NCBI GenBank assembly: GCA_951406725.2
Contig: OX597822.1
Span: forward strand, 81,840,001 to 81,904,000
Reading direction: 5' to 3'
DNA from: Octopus vulgaris
Taxonomy: Eukaryota
Length of the DNA: 64,000 bases
In this document: piece after piece, positions 37,151 through 51,095 of the stretch
Numbering within the stretch: the first letter of the stretch is position 1
How the letters are laid out: every line of letters starts with the position of its first letter
Made by a program: the position numbers and the translations under genes
Notes under the pieces: generated by a model
The model's input: the letters and a program-made list of their open reading frames with translations, nothing else
The model's database searches: none
What the model was told of the DNA's origin: nothing

Positions 37151-38965
37151 ACTGCCATACAGAATGCCTTGTAGTTTTTAATATGACTCTTTGTATTCTG
37201 TGTTCAACTCACACCAAGGTCAACTTAGCTTGTCATGCCTCCAGGGTTTTTAAAATACAGTACCAATCAAGTACCAAAGTTGACAGTATTAGCTAATCTA
37301 TGCCCTTCAAAATTGCTGGCCTTGTGTCTAAGTCAGAAAACATTATCATACTCATTGTAATTTTATACTAGTTTCAGGCTGGAGTCTGGTGCAGCTCCCA
37401 AGCTTGCCAGCCCTGGTCAAACCGTCCAACCCATGCCAGCATGGACAACAGACGTTAAATCATGATGATAATGATGATGATTTCTCTTATACCAACAGGT
37501 GCACATGCATGTTTCTGAGTGTGTGCAGCATTGTCTTTTGGCAGTATGGGCTGGTGTGTGTGTGTGTTTATATGGGTTGCAGGTGTAGCTCTGTGGCAAG
37601 AAGTTTGCTTCTGAATCACAATTTGAAGCAGTTAAAGATGGTAAGCCTACTGTAAGTTCATTAGCAAGTCAGGAAAAATGCTTAGCAGCATTTCTTCTTC
37701 GGACTCTTTATGTTTTGAGTTCAAATTCTGCCAAGGTCAGCTTTGCCTTTCATCCTTTTGGGGTCAATAAAATAAGTACCAGTTGAGGACTGGGGTCAAT
37801 GTAATCGACTTACCCTGTTCCTTTAAAATTGATGGCCTTATGTACAAATTTGGAATTATTATTTTTATTATTATTATTATTATTGTTGTTGTTGTTATTT
37901 ATCTGACTATCCCAACTACTCTACCTTTAACAAGGAAGGGTAAGCAATGTTCCTCTGTTTTGTGGTGAAAGAGGTTGTGTGGTGGATCAGGCTGAAAGGA
38001 TTGAAGAAAGACACCCACCTCTTCAATCAAGCTCCCAATGACTCTTTTAAAGAGAAGTACTACCACTCAGTGAATTTATGAAAAGATGGGTGACTGAGGC
38101 AAAAATGGATAGAGTGAATGGCTCTACTCTATACGCCTGTAGATCAGAGGGAGGGCTTGTACCATTAGTGGTCAAGGTAATCATGGATCTGTAGGATTCC
38201 TTGATTGGCTCTAGCTGGAGTTTCTGCTACATCAAGAGGACTGCATCATTCATGTTATCACAGACATCGTACACTATGTATACTTTTATCACGCTTCACC
38301 ATCTTTTCCATTTTTTTCTCCTCATCTATGCCCGTGTGGTTAATAAAAGAAATTATTATTATTATTATTATTAATATGATCATTATCATCTTGGTTCTCA
38401 AATAGCTTTCTTTACAAAACAGTTCCCCTACTGCCCACCCCATCAACTCCAAATTCTGTTTCCATAAATGACTTTCAGTGTCCTTTTCTTCTTAGCTTTT
38501 TAATGAAAATATTCCTGTGTGTATGTGGGTTTCATTTTTTTTTTTTTTCATTCCCCCCCTTTCCCCATACAATAATCACCGATCACCGATCACCGATCAA
38601 TCACCAATATCATTTATAACCTTTTATGTGCCAACCCAACTCCATTCCATTTACTACTATTGCCATTTCAGTTTTTTTCTTTTTTTTTTGCATTTCTTTT
38701 TTTATTTTTACCAATTTCTGTCATAGACATCATTTTGGCAATTTGGGCAATTTTCTAATAATCTTATTACTGTTCTCTTCATGTATGTATAACTGTAGGT
38801 ATTTATATATTTATACATCTGGGTATATATTTGTATATTTGTGTGTACCTATATATTTGTCTGTGTGTATGCATATATGTGCATATGGATTTGTGTGTGT
38901 GTATATGTTTATATATGTGTGTTTGTTTACTCATGTATATGTTTATATATGCATGTGTGTGTATG

Positions 38966-38998
<33 letters not shown>

Positions 38999-39520
38999 GT
39001 ACACAGATACAGAAGCATTGCTATAGAATAATAGAAGTCCATGATTTGTGTCATAGAATCCTAAGTAATCTATTTCTTTAAATGTCTGATGCCATGAATT
39101 AATATGAAAGTAATATTAGGAAGTTGTGATATTCATGCTTCGTCTGCTCAGAGGTATATATATATTATATATTACTGAATTTCCATTGAGGAAAAGATTG
39201 CCCACCTCTCCCCAACCCTTACTAATTTTCAGTTTACTCACACACATATATATCTCATGATCGACAAGACTGTCGGATGTTGTTATACATCGCTGGTCAC
39301 AATGCGCTTTACTTTGTTTTAGTTTTCAAGGTGAGCAGGCCAACATTACCCCTGATCAGAAGGCTATTCCATTGCAGGGTGACTCCTTTACAGTTGAGTG
39401 AACTGGAGCAATGTGAACTGATGTGTTTCGCTCAAGATGTGTGTGTGTAGCCCTGTAAAAGAATTTGGAAGGCCTTTTGCAATACCCTTAAAGCCAGGAA
39501 CTTTTCAGTGCCCTGTTGTG

Positions 39521-39565
<45 letters not shown>

Positions 39566-39653
39566 CCATCTCGTTTGCCAGTCCTCAATCAAATTGTCCA
39601 ACCCATGCTAGCATGGAAAGCGGACGTTAAATGATGAGGATATATATATATAT

Positions 39654-39878
39654 AGGCAATGAGCTGGCAGAAACATTGGCGCACTGGGCGAAATGCTTAG
39701 TGGTATTTCATCTGTTGTACATTCTGAGTTCAAATTCCGCTGAGGTTGACTTTGCCTTTCATCCTTTCGGGGTCGATAAATTAAGTACCAGTTTCACACT
39801 GGGGTCGATGTAATCGACTTAATCCCTTTGTCTTTGTTTGTCCCCTCTATGTTTAGCCCCTTGTGGGTAGTAAAGAAA
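39654..39878 (+). mobile_element. SINE family A
   Basis: Full length, flanked by (TA)n. Confidence 0.85.
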
Positions 39879-39891
39879 TATATATATATAT

Positions 39892-40142
39892 TGTTGCTAT
39901 CATGTTAAACTATCGTATGTTCAAATTTCGCTAAATGCGCTTTTTTCAGTATTTATTTTTGCTTGCAATAGGCTGGTTCTTTCAATCAAACTATCATATT
40001 TCCAGCTGCTTCAGATGCTGAAGTATCAAAAAAATTGTCAAAGTGTAGTTCAACAGTTTTGCTATGGAATGGTGAAACTATTTTTTTGATTTTCTGAAAA
40101 AGCAACGTTTTGGACTTACGACACTTTTGCATAATAGCAACA
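39892..40142. mobile_element. MITE-like element in (TA)n
   Basis: Short TIRs TGTTGCTAT..ATAGCAACA. Confidence 0.45.
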
Positions 40143-40246
40143 ATATATATATATACGTAAAAATATATAGGGTAGCAAGTTTTTTTTAGATATTTTACTA
40201 CCAGTGGCCTAGCATGTATAAAAAGTCAATAGACAACATATTCTCC

Positions 40247-40527
40247 ATATAAAATTAATGTGCATTTAAACACAAGATAGGTGGCCTTTAATAGGCAGCC
40301 TTACACACTAGAAGAAGCAGTCAAAATGACCAAAACCACATTTAAGAGCAATTTCGAAGGGAATGAAAAATAAAATCTTTTACCTTGTTTTTTTTACAAC
40401 CATACCTAGGTTTCAAACCCTAATTAGCAAATAAAATATTTTGCTCTTAAATGTGGTTTTGGTCATTTTGACTGCTTCTTCTAGCATGTAAGGCTACCTT
40501 GTGTTTAAATGTACACTAATTTCATAT
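40247..40527. repeat. Fold-back with about 90-100-bp arms
   Basis: CTAGAAGAAGCAGTCAAAATGACCAAAACCACATTTAAGAGCAA and its exact reverse complement from 40441. Confidence 0.85.
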
Positions 40528-41089
40528 ATATGTATAATGAGTGCATATGGCCTTGTGGTCAGGGCATTGCATTTACAATTGCAAGACCATAGTTTTGGTT
40601 CCTGACCCAAGCAATGCATTATGCTCTTGGGCAAAATACTTCATCCCACATTGCTCTCTGATCATATGAATATGTGGCATGTAGCAAAACATGCACTTAT
40701 ACATGCAATATTGATTCGATGGAGGGAGGGAGCTAAAGCACAGTATAAACATTTGACCCCTAAAAACAAACTGTTTGTGCAGGTTGTTCAACAAGAAATC
40801 GCAGAACCTTCACCTATCATCTGCAACAGGAGAGGCTATTGTGTGTGTATGAGTGTGTATTATGGGGTATATGTATGTTTGTTTATATATCTTAATACAT
40901 AAAAATGAAAGCATGCATGTTTCAAGTTGTAATTCAGTTTTGCACCTGGATGGCTGAAATTTTGATAATAGCACATCTTTTCGTGGAAAGCATTATACGG
41001 TTTCTAGTCTTGAGTTATACTTTTTATACATTCAGGTTATACCGGGTCCAGGTACTGCTGAGAGTGTACACATATATAGATAGATGGAT

Positions 41090-41520
41090 AAAAAGCACCA
41101 TTCGAGCATGGTCATTGCTAGTGCCGCCTGACGGGCTTCTGTGCTGGTAACCATTTGAATGTGGTCATTGCCAGTCCTGCCTGGCTGGTTCCCGTGCCAG
41201 TGGCACATAAAAAGCATCATTCAAGTGTAGTCATTGCCAGTCCTGTCTGACTGGCTCCCATGCCAGTGGCACATAAAAAACATCATTCAAGTGTGCTTGA
41301 TGCCAGTACCACCTGACTGGCCCTCATGCCGGTGGCACGTAAATAGCACCCACTATACTCTCGTAGTGGTTGGCATTAGGAAGGGCATCCAGCCGTAGAA
41401 ATTTTGCCAGATTGGATTGGAGCCTGGTGCAGCCTTCTGGCTTGCCAATCCACAGTCAAACCGTCCAACCCATGCTGGCAAGAGAAGCAGACGTTAAATG
41501 ACGATGTTGATGATGATGAT
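41090..41520 (+). mobile_element. RTE 3' UTR tail with tandem about 60-bp units
   Basis: Repeated GCCAGTGGCACATAAAAAGCA units, GGTTGGCATTAGGAAGGGCATCCAG, (GAT)n end. Confidence 0.75.
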
Positions 41521-41965
41521 AATATGTGTATATATATGTATGTATGTATTTATATACACATATATATTGCCTTTCTTTATTCCAAGGTTAATAAAATGAG
41601 TACCATTGAAGAACAGTGTAAAGGGGAGGAGAAATGGATAGTTGAGTTATATGCTCTTGCAAAATCTGTGGCTGTTGTTGTTGCTAAGTTAAAAATCCCT
41701 CTCTCTCTCTCTCTTATCGTTATGAACTGTGGTTTATGTTGCAACAATACATTCTCAATATTCCCAAACTAATCTGATTGTGTTCTTTGTCTGCTACTTA
41801 TGTTATCAATCTCAAAGGAGAATGCAAAACAAAGTCAATTGGCTGTAAAGAGTAGCAACTGATAGGAATCAAAATGATAATACAAGGTATTTTCATTGAA
41901 GCACTGACTTATTTATTTATTTATTTTTGAATGCTGGTATTTCATACACAAATATATATACACAT

Positions 41966-42124
41966 GGAGTAGCTGTGTGGTAAGTAGCTTGTTTACCAGC
42001 CACATGGTTCTGGGTTCAGTCCCACTGCGTGGGACCTTGGGCCAGTGTCTTCTACTATAGCCTCAGGCCAACCAAAGCCTTGTGAGTGGATTTGAACGGA
42101 AACTGAAAGCCCATTGTGTGTATG

Positions 42125-42155
<31 letters not shown>

Positions 42156-42606
42156 ATATGAGATAATGGTGTCATTGAGACCCAAAGGTGTCCCGTAATG
42201 CTGAATAAGTGCTATAGACAGACCAAAGTTAAGTTCCAGATTCGGTAATATTGCGAATAAAAGGTTTAATGTTGGTTCTACGTCAGCGTGTGTATATAAG
42301 AATTTTTTGCATAATAAGATAAAAAAACCAAGGCTGTATAGATATTAGAGCATTTATAGATATCTATAAATGTTCTAATATCTATACAGCCTTGGTTTTT
42401 TTATCTTATTACACATATATATATATACACACATATGTGTGTTTGTGTGTCTGTGTTTGTCCCCCACCATCGCTTGACATCCGATGGTTGCGTGTCACTT
42501 AGCGGCTCAACAAAAGTGACCAATAGAATAAGTCCTGGAGTTGATTTGTTCGACTAAAGGTGGTGCTCCAGCATGGCTGCAGTCAAATGACTGGAACAAA
42601 TAAAAG
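41966..42606 (+). mobile_element. SINE family B interrupted in its internal (TA)n by a 250-bp insert
   Basis: Head at 41966-42115, tail resumes at about 42437. Confidence 0.8.
42312..42411. repeat. 100-bp loopless palindrome
   Basis: 50-bp arms centred on GAT|ATC (42361/42362), one mismatch. Confidence 0.95.
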
Positions 42607-43640
42607 AATTAAAAAAAAAAAAAAGAAAAGAAAATGGATTAGTGAGAAAGAATGGCAAAAAATAACTTTCATTTCCAGACATAGTTTAAATTATTTATTG
42701 TGTGAGTTCAGTTAGAAAACATGCATCAGCAGAGAAAAATTCTGCTGCACTCATTCACTTGACAATAACTGACTGTTGTCTGAGATGGCCCTGTCCAACA
42801 TTTTGGGCTACAAGTCAATTCCTATTAACTGAATGAGGGCTCATCTACTGTGGATGTCAAAGGGATTAACATGTTTGCTGACTGCTCTTACATAATAACT
42901 ACATACAGAGAACCTCGTCTGTTAATATCATCATCACAATCTTTATCATCTCGTTTTAACATCTTCTTTTCCATGACTGCATGGGTCAACTGGAATTTGC
43001 TTGGGTGGGTTTGCTACAACTGGATGCCCTTCCTGTCACCAACCCTCACCTGTTTCCAGGTAAGGTAATATCCCCCCCCCCCCCATCCAATGACCAGACC
43101 TGTTTCCAAGAAAAGTTGGAAATGAAGAACACCATTTACCTGATGATGACATTTGTTTTATGACTATCACACATGCATATGCACATACACACACGTTGGG
43201 CATCTTTCACTTTCCATTTACCAAATCCACTCAGACAGCTTCAGCTGGCCGAGGGCTATAGTAGAAAACACTTTTCCCACCAAAGCACCACATGTATTTT
43301 AAACATGTATAACAAAGCTGCCTTTTTTTAATATGCTAATTGGATAGACGTGTATCTACATCTGACTGGCACAGTTTCTATCTATCGTGTTTCAATCATG
43401 AGGCTTTAGTCAACTCCAAGCTATGCTAGAGGACAAATGTTGAAGGTACAGCACAGACAGACCAAATACAAGAACACCAATTGCAAAGTGAACTCTTTAA
43501 CCACACAGCCATCCCAACACATTATGCTATTTCTTACATACAACCATTATTCAATTCATTTGTTGAATTCTGCCTAATTCCTATGTTTATATATGTTTAT
43601 ATATGATTTGATAAATCTTTGAATCTCTCTTAATCTTTAT

Positions 43641-43718
43641 TTGTTATTCTCTTTATTTTTCAGGTAAGTGTTCATTACATTGATTAATTCTTAACTGCAT
43701 GGAAAACTGAAGGTAAGC
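43641..43718 (+). promoter_or_regulatory. Candidate recursive splice site with 49-nt cryptic exon
   Basis: Polypyrimidine tract, TTTTTCAG|GTAAGT (43663/43664), second donor AAG|GTAAGC at 43713. Confidence 0.55.
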
Positions 43719-45154
43719 AAATATAATGGCCTGTCTCTTTCACTCTTATACACACATGTGTGTCTGTGTTGCGTCTACATTCGCATTCATGTTTATACTT
43801 ACTTACTCACACACACACATCGGAAGTATTTACCTCTGTGATTCTTGTGCATCAAGTGTTATACTACATGTGAGTGAAATACAAGCATTGAATGCAGCAG
43901 AAGATGTATGATAGGTGGAAAGAAATGGGGTGGGGTACATGCTCTATTACATGTGTAATGCTACATGTGTGATGTGTGCATAAACAATGGAACACAAATA
44001 AGCTGAAAGAATACCTGGTTACAATTGGAATCTTATGTGAAGAGCTGACTTTCAAAAGCGGTGTAAGTGCATATTTGGTCGATTTCATGATAATCATTAA
44101 AATACAATCTGCTGCAAGCTGCTGGCTTCATGCACGCGAAATGTTTTTCTGTCAAACTGGGATAGATGCCATATAGAGAGGAGGCGAATCTTAGTCTTCC
44201 TATCAAAATCAGATATATTCAAGTTGTTGTTTGAAGGTGCATGGCTCAGTGGTTAGAGCATCAAGCTTACGATCATGAGGTTGTGAGTTCAGTTCCTGGA
44301 CTGGGCTGCATGTTGTGTTCTTGAACAAGACACTTTATTTTTTGTTGCTCCAGTTCACTTAGCTGTAGAAATGAATTGCGACATCACTGGTGCCAAGCTG
44401 TATCGGCCCCTTTGCCTTTCTCTTGGATAACATGTGGTGTGGAGAGGGGAGGCTGGTATGCATGGGCGACTGCTGGCCTTCCACAAACAACCTTGCCTGG
44501 ACTTGTGCCTGGGAGGGTAACTTTCTTGGTGCACTCTCATGGTCATTCATGACCGAAGGGAGTCTCCTGTTTGAAACAATTACTCAAAAGCAATTCCAAT
44601 GCATATATCTGGTTTTGAAAGTAAGTTCTTCATTTAGTGTGCAAGAGAGAAAACTGAACAGGTATGGTGATGGATATGGTTATTGGGTAAAGGATTGCCA
44701 GGCAGTTCAGGTGGAAGGAAACTGTAGGAAGACATAGTGAAGACTGATCTCAACAAGCTGTGTTCTGATGGAAATTACAAAGAACTGCAAAACCTGGCCA
44801 AATGCTGTGCTAGAGAACATGGACAAGATCTGCCCAACCTATTTAAACATGGGAAAATGGACATAAAAATAGTAGTGGCAGCAGTGATAGTAGTAATGAT
44901 AATCATGAGAGTGGTGGTGGTGGTGGTGGTGGCGGCAACAATGACAACATTCATATATCAACACCTTCAATTTTATATTTTGATAATCCAACCCCCCACC
45001 AACACCACCCAGCATGTTGACCCCAATGTCACTCAATATGTGTCAAGGGATGTCATGACTGGCTTCTGAATTGAATTTGAGTAGGAAGTGGCTACTGGCA
45101 CAATAACAGTGTCACTCTGGTTTAGGATTACCTTAATCCAGAAGCAATATCCGG

Positions 45155-45174
45155 CTATCTATCTATCTATCTGG

Positions 45175-45219
<45 letters not shown>

Positions 45220-45244
45220 ATCTATCTATCTATCTATCTATCTC

Positions 45245-45284
<40 letters not shown>

Positions 45285-45360
45285 TCTATCTATTTTTCTC
45301 TCTCTCTCTCTATCTGTCTGTCTGTCTGTCTATTCATCTCGCTCTTGCTCTCTCTCTTTC
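45155..45360. repeat. (ATCT)n/(GTCT)n/(CT)n microsatellite
   Basis: Seen directly. Confidence 0.95.
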
Positions 45361-45825
45361 CATCCATGCCACACACATAGAATTTTGGATATTTGTTTTA
45401 AAGAACACTGACTGCAAGGTTAAGCTACTTGACTGCTGTGAGCCTTTTACATCATCATCATTATCAATGGGGGCAGGGTCCATACTGTTTTGGGTTTGAA
45501 GGTGTGACAGGGGCTGGCTAGGCCAGGAGCCACACCACATTCCATTGTTTTGGCATGGTTTCTACACCCTGATCCCTTTCCTATTGCTAACTACTTTGCA
45601 GAGTGTGCTGGGTGCTTTTTACATGGCACCAATTCCAGTACTTTGTACAAGACCACATTTCATATATGTATAAGATTGAAACCTGGTGCAGCTCTCCAGC
45701 TTACCAGTTTCCAGTCAAACCATCCAACCCATGCCAGCGTGAAAAACAGATGCTAAATGACGATAATACTTTCATACAATTCAGGTCTTTGTCTGTTTGA
45801 ATTCTGTTTGATGAACATGCTTTAA

Positions 45826-46043
45826 CCCTTTCGTTACCAACCCGGCTGAAACCAGCTCCGGCTATGACTACAAATGTCTTGTTTTCATAAGTTTTGAATT
45901 AAAATCTTCCACCAACCTTAGTCATAATTTATGTTCCTAACACAAGCTGAATGATAACTAAGTTATTTTACTAAATTCTTTGTTATATTTAAAGTGATTG
46001 AAAGAAACACAGAGCATCTCAAAATAAATACAGTATGAAAGGG
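45826..46043. mobile_element. piggyBac-like MITE
   Basis: TTAA|CCCTTTCGT...TGAAAGGG|TTAA; second copy at 56807-57026. Confidence 0.85.
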
Positions 46044-46963
46044 TTAAAGACACTTTTTGATCCAGTTTGCCTAACTGAACAAAAAAACCAGACTCCTCTT
46101 TGATACCATAGTTGTTTTATTCTTAATGTTTAGCTCAAGGTCAGCTTTGATCATGCAGCCTTGACCTCTTGTCTTTTTGTTGTCAGTTAGCACCCCCACC
46201 CCCCCAAAGTCAGCAATGGTTATGCAATCCGGTGGTTAAATACTTCCCAGATGTGATCATTGCATCATTTATGAAGTATGTAGGACTACATTATCTAATG
46301 AGTGTTGATGGAAGCGCATGGTGATCCAAACTTGGCTGCTTCTTCATGCTTCTTCTCTTGGCTTGTTGATAATGGTGGTGATGGTGGCAAAACTATTATC
46401 CTACTTCCATTACTGAAGCTGTGTAAAGACGAATCAGTACTCCATCAGGCAGCTTGAATATTGAACCTACCACCTCTCCTTCTGATACACCAAGGCAACC
46501 TGTTTATGCTACAGACTCACCTGCTCAGTGCCTGCATTTGTTCCTGTTAAATGCATCACAGAACAGCTTCTGATGTCTCTTGTATAGCACTGAAGGATAC
46601 TGTTTATGCATTTGTGCATTGAGACACACACACACACACATGGGAAAGAAATGTGTGTATCTCTCTCTCTCTCTCATATGTTTATATATATATATATGTG
46701 TGTATGTGTGTCTCATTATCTTTTGTTCCACTTCCTGTTAATTTCCTAAAATGTTCTCCATCTACCTACCTGTCCCTCCTCTCAAGAAGGAGATGAAGAC
46801 AAGTATGCAAATTACAGGAGTGTGTGTGTGTGTGTGTGTGATACGAGTAGGTCTCTCTTTCTCCTCCCCACCCCACCCACATGCCACCACATCCATACCT
46901 TTATTAAGATGAGAATAGCAATTCAGATCCTGGTGATTACTTTGCTGCTACAGCTGGTGGTTG

Positions 46964-46995
<32 letters not shown>

Positions 46996-48583
46996 GGTGG
47001 TGGTGGTGGTGGTAAGTGATGTTGCTGTTGCTATTTAACAAGTGAATTCTGATGAAAGGCATTCCAGACATGACCACCTTGTTTTGTTTTTATACTTAGG
47101 CCTACCATGTCCAAAATATCCTTCCTTTATCCAAGATTTAACTGCTACTTCTAGCAGATTGCATGACTATGTTGAGGCTCCTTTGTTTTTTTTTTGTGTG
47201 TTTTTTTATTGTTGTGATGCCTCTCTGCATGAGGCATAGGCAAGAAGTTAACCACATGAACAATGGCTCATCATCAAGCAGGCAGAAACCACATAGTTTC
47301 AGGTTCAATCCCACTGTGTGGCACCTTGGTCTCCTTTGCAGGGTTTGGTCAAACAAATCAACCCTAGTACTTATTCCATCAATCTCATTTGCCAGACTGC
47401 TATGTTACAGGGATGTAAACAAACCAACACTGGTTCCTTGTTGGTTCAAGTGATAGTTATGTTGTTGTTGGTTAACCTCAGGTCAGCCCTGATGCAGAAG
47501 ACTTTATGAGAAAAAAATCCATTTCACTCTGACTCTGCCATCTGTTTTCTGTGTACAGGAAACCCAGGATCATTATTATCTAGTGTAACTTAAGGGAAAT
47601 TTGGCTGCTACTTTTAGAAGGGTCAGGTGTCTACATAGAGGTGAACTAACCTATTAAGTATTGGCTCATGGTATTTAGGTAGTTAGCTATAGTATTGTTG
47701 TTTAGCACCAGGTCAACCTTTCATTTTTTTAAGATTGTGCAGGACAAGACACATCTGATGTGTCTTGTCCTTATATGGAGCATTAGGGCATGTAGTTTGG
47801 TGGTTAGGGTATTTGGCGCATGATCGTAAGGTCATGAGTTCGATTCCTGGCCATGCATCGTGTCCTTGACCAAGACAATTATCTCACATTGCTCCAATCC
47901 AATTAACTTGCAAAAAAAAAATTGTATCTGTATTTCAAAGGGCCAACCTTGTCACACATTGTGTCATGCTGAATCTCCTTGTGAACTACATTAAGGGTGT
48001 GTCTGTGGAGTACTCAACCACTTACACATTAATTTCACGAGCAGGCTGTTCCGTTAATCGGGTCAACTGGAACCCTCATTGTTGCGACCGACAGAGCACA
48101 ATTTCAGAACATCAGGGTGTGATTTTACAAACATTTGGCTACTGTTTCTAGTAGACCAAGCTACAACTTTGAGGCTCTGTCATAGCAACTCTATGGAAAT
48201 GATTGTGATGTTGGTGTTGATGTTGTTGGCTACAACATTGCACTGTGTTAAAGGTGTTGGCTACAATATTAATAGCACTAGTAGTGGTGGAAATTACATA
48301 TTTATTTACCATGTTGTTGTTGTTGTCGGCGGTGGCAGTGGTGGTGGTAGGTATATGGTATTAGTAATGGTTGTAGTATTGGCAGCTGTATTACTGTGGT
48401 GGTGGTTGTGGTAGCTGGAAGGACAGTAATGGTAAAGAAATTGGCAGTAATTGATGTGGTGTTCTTTATGATTATAATTGCAATGAGCATGAGGGTATCA
48501 AATAGGGGTGGGTAGCAGTTGTGTGGGGAAGAATTTTGGCAGGAGCGATACTGGTGGGGTGGTCATGGCGGTATTGGTAATGA

Positions 48584-48614
<31 letters not shown>

Positions 48615-49169
48615 GATGGCAGGAGTTGAAATGATGATGAGGATTTAAGGTGTTGGCAATAGTTGGGATGTTGCAAAGTTGTTGTTTAGCCCCAGGTCAA
48701 CACTGATCAAGCAGATCTATGATCAAAGGCTTTCCAGCCATGACCATCTGGTCTTTTTCCCCCCCTACATGCTAGGAAATTAGGACCCCTAATCCAACAT
48801 GTCCATTACTGAGGTAACATATGTGATCTGAAGGACATTTGGTTGCTATTTCTAGCAGGTCAAGTGAATATTTAGACCTTCGTTGACTTGGAATGGTGCA
48901 GTGAATGGTAGGTGATGGTAATAATACAACTGATATAGTTGTTTAACCCCGAGTCAGCTCTGAGTAGACTTATCATCAGAGGCACTCCAGCCATAACCAT
49001 CTCGTCTTTTCAGAGATATCTATGACTACATTATCCAGTGTATTCTTTCTGTATTTTAAGATGCAGGTTATTTTTTGAGAAATTTTTCAGCTGTTATTTC
49101 TAGCAAGTTGGACAACCATGTGAAGACCCTTATTGTCTCTACTACCACCACAACTAACCTTTGGCTAAT

Positions 49170-50115
49170 TGAAGCGGCGGCGGCGCTGGTGGTTGTGCTG
49201 GTGGTGGTGGTGGTGGCGGCAGTGGTGATGTTACTGATAGCATGAAAGTAATGATGTTGATGGCTAGAGATGGTGGTGGTAGGAGTTGGAGTATAGTGGT
49301 GTAATGCTGTTGATAATGTTGGTAACTGACAGTGATGGTGGTCATGGTGTTGTAGTACTTATGATAATGTTCATGGCTAGATGTGGTGGTGGTGGTAGTT
49401 GTAGTGTTGTGCTATTGTTAGTGGTGGTGGTCATGGTGGTTGTAGAAGTAATACAGGGGTGATGAAAACGTAGTATTGTTAATAAAACTGATGGTTGGTG
49501 GTGGTGGTGGTGGTAGTGACATATATTTTTATTTGCTTCAGTCATTAGACTGTGGCCATGCTAGAGCACCACCTCAAAGTATTTGTAATTGAACTATTCG
49601 TCCTAAGGACTTACTTTTTTTTAAGCCTTGTACTTATTCTATTAGCCTCTTTTACCAAACTGCTAAGTCATGGGGATATAAACACACCAACACCAGTTGT
49701 CAAGCAGTGGGGTGGGGGGAGGAGAAGTACTGACACAAACACATATAAATGTATACATATATATATATTTACATGATGGGCTTCTTTCAGTTTCCATTTT
49801 CCAAATACATTCATAGGGCTTTTGTTGGCCTGAGGCTAGTAGAAGACACAAGCCCAAGGTAACACACGGTAGGACTGAACCTAGAATCTTGTGGTTGGTT
49901 GATGGTATTTCTATTGCTAATAGTATTGGTGGTAGTTGTAGTAATGTCAGAAATAAAGGTGGTGGCAGTGATGGCTGCAGTGGTGATAGTGGTCACAGAA
50001 ACGAAGGTGGTGGTGGTAGTGGCAGTGGTAGTGGTGGTGGCAGTGGTGGTGGTAGTGATCACAGTTGTATTGGCAGCAACTGTGGTGGTGGTAGTGGTGG
50101 TAGTGGTGTGGTGGA
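49170..50115. repeat. Degenerate (GGT/GTA)n low-complexity tract interrupted by a family B SINE (49530-49900, minus strand)
   Basis: Seen directly. Confidence 0.8.
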
Positions 50116-50812
50116 ATGCAAAAATGTCTGAGAGAACGGTTCCAACATCATATGCCTGGTAATATTCAATCAATACCTCTCTGCTTTTGTCTAAATCTCA
50201 AAAAGTCGTTCACTTCTGATCTGTTAACGTTTACTAACTTCTCCTGTTCAATAAACTGATGCATTTGTAAGGCATGTGCATACACGTGTGGCATTGGTCT
50301 GTGTAGAAATGTATGCGTTTGTGTGTGTGAGAGAAAGAAAAAGTGAATGAATATATATATTGTGTGTGTGTGTGTGTGTGTGTGAAAGAGAGAGAATATA
50401 GGTGCAGATGTGTGTGCACTTGTTTGCATATGTGCATAATGCGTATCAAATATTGCATCTATGTGTAAGTATGTAGCTTCCCAATATTTATAGATGCGGC
50501 TTTTATATGTGCATGTTTACAATCTATATATTGTATTACAGTGTGTGTATGTGTGTGTGTATCTATGTATGTGTGTGTGTTATCAATTCATCTTACGAGC
50601 AGTTAGATTCTGTTTTTCATATTATATAAACCTCTCTGTGTGTATGTATGTACAGTTGTGAATCTGTTCAGTGTGTGTGTGTTTATACTTTTTACAGAAA
50701 TCAATGCATATGTGTACATTTAATATACATAATGCCTCTTCGTATGTACATGTGTATAAAGTTGGACACTGACATTTTATATATACAGAGTGAATGTGTG
50801 TGTGTGTGTTTG

Positions 50813-51044
50813 TCTTGTTTCAGTCATTTCACTGCGGCCATGCTGGGGCACCACCTTAAAGATCTTTTTAGTGGAATGAATCAACTGCAGTAAAATTATT
50901 TTTTAATTAAGTTTAGTAATTATTCTTTCAATCTCTTTTGCTGAATTGCTAAGTTGCAGGGACATAAACATGCCAACATTGGTTGTTTAGCAATGGTGGT
51001 GGTGGTGGTGGTGGGGGGACAAACACAAAGACAGGCATGCACAA

Positions 51045-51095
<51 letters not shown>

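Noticed and set aside
43050-43068. TTTCCAG|GTAAGG, a second AG|GT fusion
   Set aside because: Part of a reversed RTE-tail repeat, with a weak pyrimidine tract and no downstream donor
49811-50173. Thr-rich/Gly-Ser-rich ORFs resembling mucin or structural proteins
   Set aside because: Degenerate (GGT/AGT)n low complexity, open in several frames and overlapping a SINE
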